From Mobula birostris (Eukaryota), in assembly GCF_030028105.1 (NCBI RefSeq), contig NC_092378.1, forward strand, positions 30,312,715 through 30,376,714: a DNA stretch of 64,000 nucleotides, read 5' to 3'. The position numbers were made by a program, and so were the translations under genes. Below the pieces are notes generated by a model. The model was not told the DNA's origin. It saw only the letters and a program-made list of their open reading frames with translations, and did not search any database. How positions within the stretch are numbered: position 1 is the stretch's first letter; every line of letters starts with the position of its first letter. Below, one piece after another: positions 61,129 to 64,000 of this stretch.

Positions 61129-62089
61129 GCAAGCTTTTCTGTGATCCTTTGATACACTTCCTAATCTGAGATCATTGGAAGCATCTTTGAGTTATAAACT
61201 GTCAGCATTTCAAGTTATGTATGGTTGTGGCTTTAAATCACAGTAACTGGATCACAACTCCTCCTTCACTACTGTTTACTATATTGTAGAGGCCTACATT
61301 CTCAGCTATGAATCCTGCTAACAGGACCACTAACATCTCTCAAAAATAGAAGTAATTTCACGGCCATTCCAGCGATTTCCCTCTGTACTAAAACTGCATT
61401 TGAACATTATTCTTCTGGGAATGGCTAACCTTGACTGATACATTGCTTGATCTCTGGAGGTTTCTGGCCTTGCTCACTAATATTAGAGGGTGGCTTATGC
61501 TTTTAAATCCTGGTGTGCAAATTACAATAATGGCCTGTCCACCATGATTTCCAGGGTGTGTGATTAGTAAGCTCATAGTGGAAAAGTGCAGCAGCAACTG
61601 CTTTCTTGTTAGTGAGAGATAGTCCTTTGGACCCCAACCCTCCTGTGAAGTGCCAAGCTGATGAGGAGTTTCGTGTCCAGAGGAAAGCCTACAGCTTCAT
61701 TGAATGTGAACACAGATCCACCTCTGTGTACTATCGGTTTCAGTTAGACTATCAAATGAATAGTATTCGCTTTGATTGCAGTGAACGTATGCTGCTACTT
61801 CTAATTGACATAGTTCCTTGTCAAACTGTTGGCCATAAGGCCTTGGACAGATTGAAAAATGTACTCTCATGTGACAGTGGAACTAATTTTCTGACGTCCC
61901 TACTTTGTGAGATTTAGATTTGACACTTGCAGGAGTTCTAATCATATTATCAAAATTGTTGGGTGAGAGTCTTGCTTGAATGACTATTTTAGTTAGTGAA
62001 TAATCATTATATCCTTCTGTTCTAAAAAAGCTGTCAGACTCATGTTGCCCCCTCGTTGGAGTTTTGAAAGCATCTTTTGATTTTAGTAA

Positions 62090-63504
62090 TACAGAATCAG
62101 AATTAGGTTTATAACTGGCATGTGTCGTGAAATTTGTTAATATAGCAGCAGCAGTTCAATGCAATACATAATATCGAAGAAAAAAATTAAATAAAAATAA
62201 TAAATAAGTAAATCAATTACAGTATATGCATATGGATGATTAAAAGTCATGCAAAAAACAAATAATATACAGTATATTAAAAAGTGAGGTAGTGTACAAG
62301 GGTTCAATGTCCTTTTAGGAATCGAATGGCAGAGGGGAAGAAGCTGTTCCTGAATCACTGAGTGTGTGCCTTCAGGCTTCTGTACCTCCTACCTGATGGT
62401 AACAGTGAGAAAAGGGCATGCCCTGGGTGCTGGAGGTCCTTAATAATGGACGCTGCCTTTCTGAGACACCGCTCCCTGAAGATGTCCTGGGTACTTTGTA
62501 GGCTGTACCCAAGATGGAGCTGACTAAACCTACGACCCTCTGCAGCTTCTTTCTGTCCTGTGCAGTAGCCACCACCCCACCCCAATATCAGACAGTGATG
62601 CAGCCTGTCAGAATGCTCTCTACGGTACATCTATAGAAGTTTTTGAGTGTATTTGTTGTCATACCAAATCTCTTCAAACTCCTAATAAAGTATAGTCACT
62701 GTCTTGCCTTCTTTATAACTGCATTGATATGTTGGGACCAGGTTAGGTCCTCAGAGATCTTGACAGCCAGGAACTTGATACTGCTCACTTTCTCCACTTC
62801 TGATCCCTCTGAGAGGATTGGTATGTGTTCCTTTGTCTTACTCTTCCTGGAGTTCACAATCAGCTCTTTTGTCTTACTGACGTTGAGTGCCAGGTTGTTG
62901 CTGTGACACTACTCCACTAGTTAGCATATCTCACTCCTGTACACCCTCTCGTCATCATCTGAGATGCTGCCAACAATGGTTATATCATCAGCAAATTTAT
63001 AGATGGTATTTGAGCTGTGCCTAGTCACACAGTCATGGGTATAGAGAGAGTAGAGTAGTAGGCTAAGCACACACCCCTGAGGTGCACTAGTGTTGATCGT
63101 CAGCAAGGAGGAGATGTTATCACCAATCTGCACAGATTGTGGTCTTCCGTTTAGGAAGTCGAGGATCCAATTGCAGATGGAGGTACAGAGGCCCAGGTTC
63201 TGTAACTTCACACTCAGGATTGTGGGAATGATGGTGTTAAATTCTGAGCTGTAGTCGAGGAACAGCATCTGGCATAGATGTTTGTATTGTCCAGGTGGTC
63301 TAAAGCCATGTGGAGAGTCATTGAGATTGTGTCTGCCGTGGGCCTGTTGTGGCGATAGGTAAATTGCAATGGGTCCAGGTCCTTGCTGAGGCAGGAGTTC
63401 AGTCTGGTCATAACCAACCTCTAAATGCCTCAGTATTTCATCACTGTAGATATGAATGCTACCGGGCGACAGTCATTAAGGCAGCTCACATTATTCTTCT
63501 TGGG
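62090..63504 (-). mobile_element. Rex1/Babar LINE RT and 3' end
   Basis: [32 protein letters not shown] and LPSGRRYRSL; tail CAGAATCAGAAT on the plus strand. Confidence 0.9.
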
Positions 63505-63506
63505 CA

Positions 63507-63705
63507 CACACAAAATGCTGGGGGAACACAGCAGGCCAGGCAGCATCTATGGAAAAGAGTAAACAGTTGACCCCTCATTAGGACCTCAGCCCAAAACGTT
63601 GACTGTTTACTCTTTTCCATAGATGCTGCCTGGCATGCTGAGTTCCTCCAGCATTTTGTGAGTGTTACTTTGATTTCCAGCATCTGCAGATTTTCTCTTG
63701 TCTTT
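63507..63705. repeat. Penelope-terminus-derived inverted repeat (about 65-bp arms)
   Basis: 63507-63571 is the near-perfect reverse complement of 63598-63664; sequence is related to the Penelope 3' ends at 4826-4930 and 45865-45931. Confidence 0.85.
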
Positions 63706-64000
63706 TGATTTTAGCTGGATTATGTAACATATCCTCAACTTCTGACACCAACCATTCAACTCACCATTGTCCTTGAAAGCGAGCGTTTCCATCCTTTTCA
63801 CTGTAACCATAAGGTAGTTATAATTGAGCAGGAAAGTAAGGAAATTTGGACCATACAGATAACGTTCAATCTCTTTCCCAACCCCTCCCCCCGCCTCCCC
63901 CGGCCGTCATAACCAACCATTATTTCATCTGCTTCTCAAATAATTTTTTAGAACATACACCCCAAACTACGAAGGAGAACCCTGAATTGTTTGCTGCATG

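Noticed and set aside
61606-61917. 103-aa ORF as the FOXM1 terminal exon or an exon VIIa equivalent
   Set aside because: No resemblance to the FOXM1 TP/SP-rich transactivation domain and no clear splice signals.
1-64000. CRISPR arrays, operons, rRNA genes or other prokaryotic systems
   Set aside because: No regularly spaced repeat-spacer arrays or rRNA-like sequence seen; the DNA is intron-rich vertebrate sequence.

Overview
This is vertebrate genomic DNA, inferred to be from a cartilaginous fish (probably a ray) from its repeat inventory: HE1-like V-SINE, Rex1/Babar, CR1, L1, Nimb-like and Penelope elements. It holds the head-to-head RHNO1/FOXM1 gene pair. RHNO1 is on the minus strand with two coding exons (about 334 aa). 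FOXM1 is on the plus strand with seven coding exons visible; its last exon, encoding the transactivation domain, is not in the window. They share a CpG-rich bidirectional promoter near 41 kb. A second CpG island near 7.7 kb carries RFX X-box-like motifs and a short first coding exon, probably TULP3 by synteny. Much of the rest is nested, mostly dead retrotransposons, several with readable target-site duplications (TSDs). I see no novel multi-gene system. The most interesting signals are: Penelope-borne minimal hammerhead ribozymes lying sense within host introns, each with a lesion; an RT-less but apparently mobilised L1 derivative; a three-deep nest of Rex elements; and FOXM1/RHNO1 splicing and translation features (exon Va homologue, GC donor, tandem acceptors, uORFs). 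All calls were made by eye without database searches.
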